Source: Trichoplax adhaerens (lineage: Eukaryota; Animalia; Placozoa). From it: DNA of 64,000 nt. The notes below the pieces were generated by a model that saw nothing but the letters and a program-made list of their open reading frames with translations, made no database searches and was not told where the DNA came from. The stretch covers positions 2,044,918 through 2,108,917 of the forward strand of contig NW_002060948.1 of assembly GCF_000150275.1 (NCBI RefSeq), read 5' to 3'. A program made the translations under genes and the position numbers. Positions within the stretch are counted from its first letter, which is position 1; each line of letters opens with the position of its first letter. Of this stretch, positions 13,601-28,259 are shown in pieces.

Positions 13601-16600
13601 AGCAGTTGTCTAATATGCTAGTAAGAATTTCACGCCAAATAGATAAATAATTTCCTGTCATCCTAAGAATGGTAATAGTACATAAAATTTGGCATTAATT
13701 TACAATTATTGCCAATGTTAATACACGGCTGATATTTGTTTGCAGCAGTAGAAGATCTGTAGCAATAATGACGAACCCGCCGGTTAAGTTTTTAAGACAA
13801 CAGCGTATACAGTGAAGATAGCCATGGATAGCGGATTTGGTGACAGCTTGTAGAAGATTACTTTTAGCTACTTTTAAGCAATCTTTGATCCATGCAACAA
13901 ATTGCTTAATAGTAAACAATGTTGCGATAATTCTTTGGTCTTCTTCTCTTACTGAATCAGTATGATCATAATATTCCAGGGCTAAATTAAATTTACATTT
14001 AGTCGAGTATCGATTTAGCAATAGTAGTAATAAGTAGCCGGCAGCCGTATGATTAGCTGGTTTGAAACTTTTGGCTAAATTGATGATTTTATTGGAAAGC
14101 GCTTGAATCCTCCTTTGGTCCTGTAAAATACAGTAAAGTAGCATCATATTAAAAGACCAAGAAGCGGATGCATACATGTAAATCTATTATGTCGATAAAG
14201 ATGAGAAACATACAGCCCCTTACCGTTAATCCTAAATCATCAACTGGCAAAGTCATCAATATTTTGTATGCAGCTTGCTTAACAATTTCATAAGTATCAG
14301 TTAGACTATCTAGCAAAATTTCAGTTTCTTCCAAAGTAATTATTAAGGGGTTAAAGGTTTTGCAATCTCGTCCAATGTCTATATCCATTTTGGTGTCAAC
14401 AAAAATACGTTAATTTTACTTCGTCTGACAGTATCTGGATAAGATGGAAGTAAATACATACCTTTAGTATTCAAGATTTCTACAATTATTTGTAATAAAG
14501 CGATCGCCGTAGATCGACGAATGATGCTAGCTGTCGGATATAGAGACGTAATACAGAACTTCCATAACCAATTTAAAAATACCTGAAGCAAAATAAATTT
14601 AATAAGGATTAAAGAAGTCGAAGTAGAGTTATCATTAAGTTATATAAACCTTATAATGGTTTAATTTCCGTTCAAGTTGAGATTTAATATTGTCATTTTT
14701 GGAGCTTAACTGTTGCATAATCATAGTCCGTGCGCTTTCTTTAAGTCTTACTATAAGCTTTTAAACGTTAAGAATAGCAGGTGGTTCATTTACGAAATAA
14801 TAATTATTGAAGGATTTTTCTTAAACCAACTTTGATCAGACAAAACTAATATCGGCAATATCGGATGTAAACACTAACAGTTTTCTTGTTTTACCTTTTT
14901 GCTAGAAGCTATGAATCTCTGCCGAAACGAAGTGCTATCAGCTTCAAAATTGTGTGTCACAAATGTAAGAATTAATTCCAGATCCGTTGCTTGAATTTCT
15001 TCACAGGTTTTACGAGATTCACATAGTAGAACAAAGGTATCCAAACGGATCTTATGAAATAAAATATGAAGTAGTTTAAATCAATCTTGATATTGTATGA
15101 CCTAGAATTAAGCTAGTCATATTTCTTAGGATTTTACCTGGGAATCACTGTGGTGTAAAGCCTTCCATATTATACCGATATCAATTAAATCTTTCCACAG
15201 AGCGTTATCATAATTAGCATCACCATGCAATACTTCTTCAGTGCGCCTTTTGCTAGCTGTTTCAGACATATGGGCGACGTTTAAGGTTTTTATGAGTCCT
15301 CTATACATATAACTGTCAGGGCCTATAGAAAATTATGCAAAATTCATGTCAAAATAATAAAAGAAAAAAAATCACTAATCTTTCACGAGATTTTAAACTA
15401 TTACATGATCATACTTGTATCGATTTGTTGGTTAAAAATTAATAAGACCGACTGCAAACTTTCTGGTACTTTATTTATCAGTCTTGGAATAGCTTGCTAA
15501 ATGATAAGAATGCTTAGCAATATCCAAATCCAATCGTTACACTTATTTCTTTGCGTAAAACGTAGACCCTAGATTTAATCATCACATTTCAAATTATTCG
15601 ACCTACATCGATAATCACTCTTTTAATATTTGTATCATTGCTTTGGAGAAGAGACATTATAGGTTCCAGCCAAATCTACGAAATTTCATGTTAAAATTAA
15701 AAAATCGAATGTTATTAAGCCCACTAATACATATTTAATGATATGTTGATTTGATGATAATAGAAAGAAAGACGTACGGTATGTAATTTTGTTAAATATA
15801 TTGGAAGGTGCGTTGATTTATATTCACTTTTCCACGAAGTTAATAGTTTATCAAGAAAAGTTCCAGCCTATCGTAACGAATAGTAGTTAGTTTTTGGCTA
15901 GGAAAGCATAAAACGTTACACGTATAAGCTAAACTTACATGAGACGTAATGCTGGCATCAATCATAGCTTGCACAACGTCACTTAACAAAGATGGCTGTA
16001 ATAATAGTAACTTTGAAGCAGGTAAATAATTCAATAGTGAGGATAAAATATCATATTTTCCACGTCGAAACCAGTTTTGTTCTAGAACTGAGTGTGTTAG
16101 CTGGAGCAAGAAAGTATCCTCTTTTATATCTAAGAAACAGTAGTTCAAATTATTGATTTAACCGCTTTCATAAGTACTCTATGTTATAAGATGAGATACT
16201 AATTACAGTTTAAGCCCTCTGGAGTTATCTAATCTACATAATGACGGCGATATTAGCAATACTAAGCACAACTTTAACATTAACCCAACATCATACCTGA
16301 AACAAGCATTGTGGTATGGATATCTAGAATGCTACAAAACAGTTGTTTCATTTGATGTCGAACACCCTATTAGTATGAACCATTTCGTAAAACTATAAGT
16401 AATTTAGAATAAAAATTATACACTTCTAGCCTCTAATTAGCATGCTAATAAATGGCCTATAGAAATAATAGCCAATACAAGGCTAGCTACATAATATTGG
16501 AGATTAACGCATCCTTCTATCAAACAAAATTTTAAAAATTTTGTTTACAATCTTTTTCGACTAAAAATAACTAGATTTTTAAACTTTCACATCAAAGATC

Positions 16601-19600
16601 ATTCTATATAGGTTGTAAGTTCAATAATTACTTCAACTGGATGATCCCAATTGTCCCAGATTCTCCCTAGTAAATTTTGTATAATTTTTCCGTCTGAACG
16701 GAGTACTTCTTTCCAGTTTAAGTTATCGCCTCGACCCATGATACTCCTTACAAAGAAATTACAAAAGCAGCCTCCTCTTAGGCGATGATACTTGGCTAAT
16801 TCGAGAATTTATAAGTAATTATATAATACTACAACATCATAGATTCTTAGTCAAGGAACCTCATCTTAACAGCCCACATCACCATTGTCCGATAACAAAA
16901 GACATCCAAAGCTGAAGATTTGATACTGTACAAGTCGATTTGAAAATCAAGATAGAGTTAATATCGAGATTAACAAACAAAATTTCAGATATTAAGCAAA
17001 CGGTGGTTATAATTAAGCTAATTAAAAATATTGTTATTAAATCTTGGGTCGTAGGACTAGCATGAAATTACCAGTAGCTTATTTCAATCAATCTAGCAAT
17101 AATACCACCCATTATTGATTTTTGATTATATTTCTAAAAAATAAATACGATAACTTACAATACAGTACTACGATTATAAAGATAACAGTAATAAAAAGAA
17201 AATACTACGCCTAAAGTCATAGAGTTAAAAATCGATAATTAACATGAAATAAATGCTTTACTTCTTCAGCCTTGACTATATCATCAATATTCAACATCGC
17301 TAACAACCCATGATAAAGGTAGAGAGATGCAGCTTCATCATTATGATCCTCTTTAAAAGCAAAAAATAATTACCACTATTACAAATCACGATACGTTATC
17401 AGAAGTTTTGATGTGACGTGTTATGTTCGAAATACTACCTTGGGATTGAACCTTGGGCAACTCTTCCGATAGTAAATCAGTATTCTTAAATCGATTTCGG
17501 AACAATATGTCTCTTACCTAGAATTGATATTAGCAAAACATTATTTAAATTGCTAAAGTAAGTTATTATATCAGATATAAGTATAGCTTGATATTTCTAT
17601 TACAGATATTTATCCTTCTAACCTTCATCACTAGCGAGTCTTGGTTATAAATAAGCTTTAATACTAAAAAGATTGCCATGCCAGCAGAAGTTCGAGAATC
17701 ATGTAGGTAGCAATCTGAATTTCAGCAAGTCATATAAGGTTAAAAACTTTAGTGTGTTAATGATGGTATTACTCAGTACAATATAATAGTAAACTCACCA
17801 CAACAAAAAATCGAGTTTGAATAGGTCAAGAGTGTTTTATAGAGAGTGAGCCATTCGTGTTGATCGTTGACTAGACTGAAATTTTCATTACTTACAACTT
17901 GGCCTAGTTTTAATCCAATCTTATGGAGTACGGCTATAACAACTTTAATAATGGAGAAGCAATCTTTATCAAAGTAGGGCTCCTGAGTTGACCTTAGTTT
18001 TCATATGACAGCGGGATATTTGATAAAAAGAGGGAATTAATAATAAATTGATCTTACCTATGTATATGTATATGTACATTGTAACAACGTGCTAGTACTA
18101 TTATGGCAAATTTCATCATCCAATCATAGTTACAATATTAATATTTGTGAGTAGGAACAGATAAGATACATAACTTTTAAAGTACATCTATTTATTTACC
18201 ATGATTCCGTTGGTTTCATGCAACTACCCAAACAGGTTGTTAGAAATTCTACAACTACAATAATATCCAAAAATTTTTGCAATTGTAAAAATTAAGCAAT
18301 CAGCCTTATCAGAATGATAACGCAACCTAATTACCCTATTACAGGATTACCTAGCAGAGAGTTTTTTTCTAAACATTTTTGACCTATTTAATCATATTAT
18401 ATCGAAAATTAAAATAATTTAAAGATGTCTACCAATGGTGAATATGTATAAAAAAGCGGAGCTACTTTCGATAACTAGATCTATATTTTGTTACATTTAT
18501 GCGTGATATTCTACAGCCATACGACTAGCTATCCAATTACCTAGCTTGAAATTTTCTAGTAATGACATGATTTTCTCAAGATATCTGCCAATGTCATCCA
18601 CAGTTACCTAAGTCATAAGAAGATAAATACGCGTATAAACATACTGTCAACGAAAGACACTATCACTATCAGTGAAGAAATCACTATCTAATAATACCAA
18701 TTATGAATATGCATGAAAGATGTAGCAAAGCCTTATTCAATTAATAACTATTTATCATAAGTATATTTGATACCTTACGATGTAGCAATAATGTCTTCCC
18801 ATTTGCTATATCTTCCTGTAAAATATTTTCCAGAGAAATAAGCACTGCAGTCTCGAAAAGCGATGGTACCTTTTGAAATGCACTAGATTTTAAAATGAAA
18901 AAGCATTACATATACGTTAACTAAAGGAGTTATGTACACTACTACTAACTACAAACAGCTGCAAATTGATTTATGTGCACATTCGATTCTGACCTGGTAA
19001 AAGAGCGTTGCAATGGTGTACGACAAGGCGTTTGACTGTGCAACTGTGCTAAAGCTAATAGACAGCTTTGTAATTGCTCCTCTTCCCAGCTTGCATTAGC
19101 AGTAAAGCTCTTTAATAAATTGCCAAGCTATTTAACAAAAGACAATGAATGTGTGTACTTCAAGAAAATATTGCTATAATCACACTTAAAGCAAATTTAA
19201 ATTACTATTTTATATATAAGAATGCACTTGTAGTGGGTAGCGAAAGGATAATTCAAACTGATTTCAATTACTATAATAACCTTCCTAACGAGGTTTAATT
19301 GCAATAAAGTTTCTTCTGTAGTTGCACATTCCAAAATAGGTTCAATGAGTGCTAAATGTTGATCAGATTCGATATGGGCTAAATATGTCGAAGGATATCA
19401 TAAGTAATTGGTTGCAATCATTCATTTTTTATGTACCGCAATTTAAAGCTCATAGTTATACTATAACATTTTATCTTGACTAAAATAGCAAGTAACAATT
19501 GAAGTACTTAATCTATGTTATTCAAATAGAACCTAATCGATTGTAAAATACTATCATGTATCTCTAAGCTTTAGCTTTAATTTGGATTTCAACACTACCT

Positions 19601-19856
19601 AAGAGCTCAATATGATGCGTTGCTATATTAAGTTGACTAAGTATAGCTCGTTTGCATCTATAGTATTGTATACTACAGTAGGTGAATGTAGTTTTACGCG
19701 CAATTTGCAAGCATTAGTGAGATAAAAATTACTCCGTGTTAACTAATATGATAGCACCAAATAGCATGAATAAAATAAATGTTTTAGTTTAATGGCAGAT
19801 GCTATTACATTACCTGACAACTGCTGGACAAGTCGTTGTTGTAAGGTCAATTTCAT
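7678..19856 (-). CDS. THADA: THADA / Trm732 homolog (armadillo-repeat tRNA 2'-O-methylation cofactor), many short exons
   Basis: DUF2428 motifs TRRSAGLPF (~12760-12790), HAFNIMRSIYRDT, IRNAATLLFSALMNRIFG, MTGREFFSRYP, CWRSMKEV, HTSPEGYLP, NWDHP. Candidate first coding exon 19856-19814 (MKLTLQQRLVQQLS) splices in frame to the exon near 19378-19281. The start is less certain than the gene identity. Confidence 0.92.
9161..9230. repeat. 30-bp period self-complementary tandem repeat in a THADA intron
   Basis: ATATACTGTATACAGTATATATATGTATAC repeated a little over twice. Confidence 0.85.
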
Positions 19857-20202
19857 TGCTTAATAATATTGTATTAGTCATTAACCAAGATTATGGACCA
19901 TAGAGCTGGTGAAATTATTTCTCTACTTTATCCAAGAAAAGCTTGAGGATGGCTCTTCTTGTAGCGTAAGATCAGTGCAATAAACTTTATATTGGTTTGC
20001 TTCGGTTATGATCTTGTAGAGAAAATCAAGCATGAGCATGAGTAGAAATAGATGCTATGAGAGGAAGAGCTTACAGATGTCGATCTTGCAGAGTTTTATT
20101 ATTCATTTGGAGTGTAATTAGACTAATGAATTCAATAGAAGTAGGTCGTGATAGACAGCAGAAAAACTCACCTATCCTCGTACTGTACAGTATACAATAC
20201 TC

Positions 20203-20580
20203 TACCAGTCAAGTTTAGGTACTAGTTTACTATACCATAGAAATGGAAATACTCGTATATCAATACGATAGGACTTTTAGCAAGAATTAGCCCTGGCTGG
20301 TAAAGGAAGAATTTACTAATGGCTACGCTTGCAGAACTTAGGTCTTCATATAAAGGTGTAGTTATCGAACGAATTTGGTAGAAATAGGTACTGATTGAAA
20401 CACCCTGCCAGTAGAGTTTAGTTACGAGTTTACTATACCATAAAAATGTCAATTCTCGTCAAGTACGAGTTGTAGCAGAAATAAGCACTGGTTGGTTGAG
20501 AAAGACTTTACTAATGGTTGCCCTTGCAGAGCTTAAGTATTTCAATAGAAGCGTAATAAATTGATGAATTTTAAGCCAGA
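20203..20580. repeat. Diverged ~200-bp tandem duplication
   Basis: AGTTTACTATACCATA, TTTACTAATGG and CTTGCAGA blocks recur in the same order about 200 bp apart. Confidence 0.7.
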
Positions 20581-21602
20581 AGTTCATATTCATGATATTC
20601 CCTATCACTAGTTATAGCCAGTAAGCGAATGAAATGGATATTCTGCGTAACGAAGAACTTGCATAGAGTAAAATCGATAGAATGAATGGCTCAAGATTTT
20701 AAATTTTGCACCTTAGCGAAAGCCTTCCAGCGAATGAAATATTGTTAAGTAAAGAAAATTTGTCGAATCTATACTTAATTTTCATTACCTTTTAGTCTGT
20801 GCGATGAAGCTGCCGATTTAACCCTGATGTAAGAGCCAACAGACGGAACAGAGCAAAATTATACGAGTAGTTTCTTTACCAAGCTCGACTATGCTGACTG
20901 TTGTAGTTTTGCCAATACCTCGATCAGCTTCTATTTTTTACCTTGATTTTTTACTCTAGGTTTGCAAAGTCTAATAGTCAACAATAAAGGTTTACCTACA
21001 TCAATTACTATCATGGAAGCTTCTCTGTAAACGATTTAATCCATTTAAAGACAGAATTCTATTTCTCCATTTTATTGCTGACGAACAGCGCGTTGAATTT
21101 TCTTTGAGCTTAACTGCAATGGCCGGAATGAATGACTTGACTGCCGTCGGGTGACACTCTTGAAGGGTTGAAGAATGTAGGCAGAGTGAAGCGCTTGTGT
21201 GGTTTGACGCGGCTGTAGTAGTCTAGACGATGATTGGAGGATTGAGAGGCGACAGATCATTTTGCACACACCGTTCCATCATTTTATACTGTATAGTACA
21301 TAGAAAGAGGATACTGTGCAAAACGTCTTGTCATTGTTAGCAAATGGGTCAAGACACTACCAGAACTGCCCCGTGGTAGCGTCATAAATAGAAATCGACC
21401 ATCGGAATACATTCAAACTGTTTCATCTATTCAGTCATACTAAAGGCTGTACTCGCCACTCTACTTGGCGACAGTATACTATTGGACCATGCAGCACATC
21501 ATCAGGTCCAGCTGACTGTGCTGCAGCCTGCAGATTGCGTCCATCCATTGCAGAAGAGATTTTACACTTGATGCTCGATTGGCTGGATTCATTTATCCAC
21601 AG

Positions 21603-24600
21603 ATGGGTCGAAATTGGAAGAAAAAACGATCTACAAGAGTAGGCGATATTCGTAAGCAATTATCAAAGAGTGAAAAAAAGCATCTGTATGAATTTGGAGA
21701 ATTGCATCCAGCGGTAGAGGAGTACGTCAATATTATGCGTCAAGTTTTGCTTATATCTAGCTTACCGTCCATGGAGATCGAATAGCTAGAAATGCATGAT
21801 TACAATGATCTTACTCAGCACTTTATTGATTACCTAGTCTACTGTTGATCCGTGTAATAATGCTAGCAATAATATCAATCATAATGCTTAAAAGTGTTGC
21901 AATAGGATCAAGATTTTTCGATCGTTTCTATATTAACATTGATCAAACTTGTAAAATATATATCAACGATACTGATGAGGTGCGACATCGGCTGCACGAT
22001 CTATGTATGTACCTGAATATGAATGCAAACATCAAGCGCCCGCAATACAGTATATTGGTTGATTAATTAACTTGGCATTGGGCTGAAATGGATCATATCG
22101 TAAACCGATAGACCTAAATGAATAACATCTACATAATCTACTTGATTGAATTTTTATTAAACTACTTACTCACGATGAATTGATTATTATTGCTTGAGTA
22201 GACAATAATAGTTACCATAATAGTTATGATTAATTATATTATTTTATCTAAAATAGTTCCATGTTCATGTCAATTTCAGTCAATATCTTGTTATAGGAAT
22301 AGCTCATCAATAACTTTAAACTTTGATCGTCACAAACTCTTGGCAATTATAAGTTTCCTATAACTTGCCCTATTTCTCCATAGCTTCTACAAAGATAAAT
22401 TTATTAATCGCTAACTTGCGTAGCGGATTGATTGGATCATACACTTATTTCGATATTCTTAATGTGGATAGAAAATTAAAAGGCAAGACCAATAAGCTGC
22501 CTGATAAAGCGAGAATCTCCTCCTTGAAAAAATCGACTAATCAACATGGAACATCTATTGATGAGCTTACATCAACGGTAGGTACTTCTATAATTGTTTA
22601 CTAGCTGTCAATTATTATTCTATAATGAATCTATGCGGAAAATAAACATTGAGGTTATTGAATAACTAATTTCCTACACAAATAGGTGAAGCGACCATCA
22701 GTACAGAAACTAACTTATGCACAAGATCTGGTAATGATACAAGTGGCACTATTATCTGACCTTTGCATCAATCTAAGAATTCTTGGATTGTATTTAGGTT
22801 TCCAATACAAGTTCAGACTCTGAAGATAATGACAAATATCGAAAGCTGATTTCTTCATTGGATTCACGCCATGATTTGAAAAGAAAACGACATTCTAATA
22901 AAAGTAAAATAACGATCTCATTTTTAATTTACTGAGTATTCGTATTGTTGATACAACTACCATACATCGATAATTTTTATAATAGTCCGTAAACCTACTA
23001 AGAAAAAGAATAAAGAAGATATCCAGCAGCAGGTTAAGTTGCGACGTTGATAATACTGACCTCATCTGCTGTATCTGTAAGTATAACCTATTAACTGTCG
23101 AGAGGCCTCCGTACTTGATAACTTTATAGGAATATGCGAATAAAGAAATGAACGAAGAAACTATAGAACAACAAGCCGAAAGTGTACTATTTTGTCTTTA
23201 TTAATAAGCTATTAATTACATATATATATATAAATTTATTTTCCTCTTTTTATTCAGTTTTATGGCGATGATGATGCTGCAGATAAGCATACAGCAACTA
23301 CGATGAGCCCAACCTATAGTGATACTTCCGCCGAAAATAATAATGATAGTGATGATTTGAATGAAGAAGAAGCTGAGTTATCTGAAGATGATGAGCCTGG
23401 TGACTCAGTTGTAAATATAAACGAAAGCGATACAGATGAAGACTCAACCCCTACATTAACCGAAGGTTAAATAATCTTGATATTTTACTATTTCATACCA
23501 ACAGCTTCATTAAATCTTTAATGCCCGTATATCATCAATTCAGAAATGCTGCAGTACTGGAAAAAAGTAGATAAATATCCACTCTTACTATTACTGAGTT
23601 AGCTCAACGTAGCATTCCATTAATTCACTGAATAGATCCTTTTAAGGTGCATTTTGATCAGCAATTAACAAGCGATGACATTGACAGACTAAAAAATGGT
23701 AGCCAAAATAATTTGCAGCAATCTTTTAAGGTAGAATTTTATTATTGGATGCATTAGTAGTCAATAAATAAATGAATTGTGCCTGAAAACATTAATTTTA
23801 AATACGTGTAGGATGAATGGCTTGATGATGTTACATATTATCCAACTCCTGTTTCAATATCAACAATTTCCCTACCTACCAGTGGCGTTTCAGACAGTCT
23901 ACAGCAATTGCACGTAAGTGTGATAGTAAATGATAATTTTTACTATTGGAAAAGTCTAATGATTTTGTAAATAGGTTAAGCAAAGGCTAATTAACCAGTG
24001 GAATACCGTAAACAAGAAATGTGTATCACCCAGCCGTAAGTACAATATAAAATAAGCTATTATCTTAATACAAAAAGGAATAGTAAAATTTAGCTATACT
24101 GTTTGCCTTAGGTGTATTTTCTCCTCTTCAAGAGAGATTATTCAATTTGTTATCTACGTATCGGGTAACTATAAATATAGAAGTCTTAGATCATGAAAAT
24201 TTAGTTTCCAAAACCAGTAGATATAAAAGCAACGACGTAATAAATTGTATTAATTAATTATATGCAGGATGTGCTGTATACAAAAAGAGCATTTAATAAT
24301 GCTGATCAAATCAGAAATATATATTGTTTACATGCTTTAAATCATGTATTGAAGTAAGTGGATTAGTCAACTGATTGTAGCATTCTTTTAAGCTATTATA
24401 ATTCGTTTCTTATCAAATAATTACATTATAGGATACGTCATTCAGTACTTAAAAATAATTCTAAAATTATTCAAGCTCAAAAGGAGAACAGAGAAGTAGC
24501 GTAAGTTTTTAACATTAGTATTAGATTAAATCTGTTATTAGTAGCAATGAAAAGTTCACCAATTTTCATACCTCAAATATTTTTCGCTTTTTATTTGTGT

Positions 24601-26963
24601 GAAGAGAACTTCGCGATCAGGGTTTTACTCGTCCTAAGGTGCTCATAGTAGTACCGTTCCGTGAATCTGCAAGGAAAGTTGTGGAAACTTGCAACCATCT
24701 GTTACTAGCTCCTGACGAAGTGAGCAACAGCTAACTTTTTTATTAGATAAACAAATTCAGTAGTGTTTAAGTATATATTGTTATTGAATTAATAGGGTCA
24801 AATCAATTATAAAAAGCGATTTCAAAGCGAGTACGCAGGAGATGAAGAAAAGCGGAATGTTGTCAGACCAGGTCTCTTACCTACAAAGCTAAAACTATAA
24901 TGCTTAATGTGCAACGAAGCAATAACTTTATCGTGCTTCGCCGCTTAACAAAATTTCCAATATTACTTATTCAGATGATTATTGGCAGCTTTTTGCGGGT
25001 AATACGGATGATCATTTTCGAATTGGCATCAACATCACTCGCAAAGTCATTAAACTTTATGCACCGTTTTATAATTCTGATATCATTGTTGCCTCACCCC
25101 TTGGTCTTCGGACAATCATTGGCGCTGACGGGTAATAATGCTGTTTTAGTCTTGATATACCTTAAATTTTAGTTCTAACATATACGTAGTCCAGTGACCT
25201 TAAAAATTGCTATCTGTTTATGAATAGGGATAAGAACCGTGACTATGATTTCTTGTCATCTATTGATATTGTTATTGTTGATCAAGTGGATGTATTGCTA
25301 ATGCAAAACTGGGATCACGTCTCGGTAAACTACAGTAATACAAACATATCCATAATACTTGTGTTGTATTCTTGAAATTTTACTTATTGTTAAATGACAA
25401 AATTCTATAATCTATGTAATCTTCTTTTCGAATATGAAGCATCTATTCAAGCACTTAAATCTACAACCAGCTGAATCTCACGATACGGATTTCAGTAGAG
25501 TAAGAATGTGGACCCTAGATGGGTGGTAATGCAAAAATAATGATAATGACATTTCTTATTTAGCGGAACTACAGACATTTCGTTATTTAAATATTTGCTC
25601 GATTAAAATGATTATTCTCCCTAGGTCAGCTTATTATAGGCAAAACCTCTTTTTCTCCTCATTTAATACCGTAGAAATTCAAGCGGCTTTCAATCGAACC
25701 TTTTTAAATATCTAATAATGCAATGCTATTTATCATAATTCTCCATTACATACTTTGTTTGGACATAACATTTTTATCTTTATTTGAATATTTATGCGTA
25801 TTTAAAAGATATACTTTACTAATTATGATTATGATTGCTGATTTAAGTTATCTCTACTTCGAAAGTGTATACAAAAGCCTTGAGTTTACTATTCCTTGAC
25901 TATCTTACATTATAACGGTAAAGTAAAATGCAGTGTTGTTGATAGCGTCGATGGTAGCATATGCCAAGTAGGTCTTCGAGTTCCTCAGGTAAGATTATTG
26001 AACTATTTAATAATTATAATTAGACCATGTCTAAATATAACTAGAGAAGTTTATCTTTAATTGAAAAAGAGCTACGTTCAATTTTTAGATATTCCACAAA
26101 ATCGATTGCGCAACTGTTAATGACGTTTCAAATAGAAAGTTTGAATTTTTTAAAGCTGAGGTTAAACATAATATTTACTACTATAAGTACAAATCCAGGC
26201 ACATTAAATATGGGTAATCGTACAGTAGTAATATTACCTCATACGGTGTACTAATATTTTTATTTTCTACATTTTTTTCAACAAGATTCTGCCACAATAT
26301 CGCACAGATCAATGTAGGACATTAATCTTTGTTCCTTCCTATTTCGATTTTGTTCGAATAAGAAATTGTCTAAAGAAAGAAGAGATCAAGTTTGATTGCA
26401 TTTCTGAGTAAGAATTGTTAAGTAGCAAAAACAGAAAGTTCAATGCAATCTGAGAATAAAAATAAACAAGTTGATACGACTGATAATATATTTTAGGTCT
26501 ACCAATTCTTCGCGAATCTCACGTATTAGGGCATATTTTACCGACAATAAGATTAGTATCTTGTTATATACTGAAAGATTTCATTTCTTCAGAAGGTAAT
26601 ATTGTAAGGTCAACTGATATTTGTATTTGCCATCTCTTCATATCTGCATAAATATGCTGATTAATAAACATTAAAATGTAAATCACTAAAACTAATGTAA
26701 TGTTTATTTGCAATAGGTATAAAATCCGAGGAATCAGACATGTCATCTTTTATGGATTACCAATGTATGCAGTCTTTTATCCAGAAATAATAAACATGAT
26801 TGAAACTGATAGTAGTCAATTAAAATCAGCCAGTATTCCAGGAACTACATGTACAGTTTTATATACAAAGTACGATATATATCAATTGAATCGGATTGTT
26901 GGTACGGAAAGATGTCGGCAACTACTGACATCAAGTAAAAAAACGCATTTATTTACAAATTGA
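21603..26963 (+). CDS. UTP25: U3 snoRNP-associated protein 25 / digestive organ expansion factor, multi-exon
   Basis: N-terminal [12 protein letters not shown]; [11 protein letters not shown]; [17 protein letters not shown]; [12 protein letters not shown]; [12 protein letters not shown]; DFLSSID; MQNWDHV; [27 protein letters not shown]. One intron is AT-AC. Confidence 0.95.
25708..25908 (+). other. AT-AC (U12-type, minor spliceosome) intron in UTP25
   Basis: 5' end ATATCTAAT, branch site TTCCTTGAC at 25892-25900, 3' end TATCTTAC. Removal gives the continuous frame ...[19 protein letters not shown]... Confidence 0.88.
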
Positions 26964-28259
26964 TATTAGTAATATTGGTAGAAACATAATCAAAAATTGT
27001 CATAACTGACATTTTAATAGCACAAAATTGACAAATCAGCTATTGCTATTACTGGTTGTTTTTATATACTCGTATGTATATTGCTTCCAAATAAATATCC
27101 TCTATGAACTTTACATTGTGGTCAATATCTGCTAAACAAGGCACTGGGATGGGTAAAAACTGCTATAATGAAAGATTGTAATACGCTATAATATACGAAT
27201 TGCCGTGTTAGGGGTCCTATTCAGATAAGCTACCCGTATAACAATTATAACCGTTGAGAATATTTACCGGAGTATTATTTACTGTTTACTACTGGCTATA
27301 TTATTGATAACAGATTATGACATAAATTATGCCGACCGCTGAGGGAAATTTTCCTTCATTTAATTATAGGTGTGCAAAGGTTTTATTGTTTCAAATAACT
27401 ATACAATTGTATTATGTACTCCCGTGGTATGCTTTTTATTGGAAAAGCTAGTAAGCTCTTGAGATTCTGGATGCCGCATACAGTACAAATGCAATAATCT
27501 TGTCTGTAATCTTAATCTTAACTAATGGCAGTATCTGTTAGGACGGCTTACATTAAGATAATTATAAACATATTTATTGCGTTTTGTGGCAGAATTAAAC
27601 TTTCTGTAGTAATCATACAATTAAGACATAATAACCTGGACCTCCAGCTGATTCTTAATGTCGTAAAAAGTAATGATTTATTTCAAGCAAAGTTCAGCTG
27701 TCAAAGTATAAAATGACATGCTTATGATATTAGGGTGGATATTCTTGTAGCAAAATTACAGACATCGTTCGTATTATTTATTGACTGTGAGATGGGAGAT
27801 ATAAACATATATGTATAAATATACGCATTTAGAGGTTAGTATACTCCAGTTTAACGTATAAAGGAACAGATAATTTTAAATACAGTGCTATCACTAAACA
27901 AATGTACACAATACAATCCTAGCCAACATCAATCAAAACACTCCTACAGGCACTGCATAAGTTACCAGAATTATTGCATGTTTAGGAATATGTAATGATC
28001 AAATTTAGTGGCATAATCAGATGATAATCAAATTAGTAATACATGTATAACTAATTCTAGTTCATCTGTAGGTTACGATACAAGATTTCGCTTCATTTCC
28101 ACAAAAAATAGTTTTGTTATAATGAGAGTATATTCTACTATTTTACATTGATCAATGTGTAAGTCGCCTATTTTTTTTACAACTTTTGTATTGCAAATTG
28201 AGGACAGAAGCACTGTAACTTTGGTAATCATACGGCGATAAAAGGTCTAACTATTTTAT

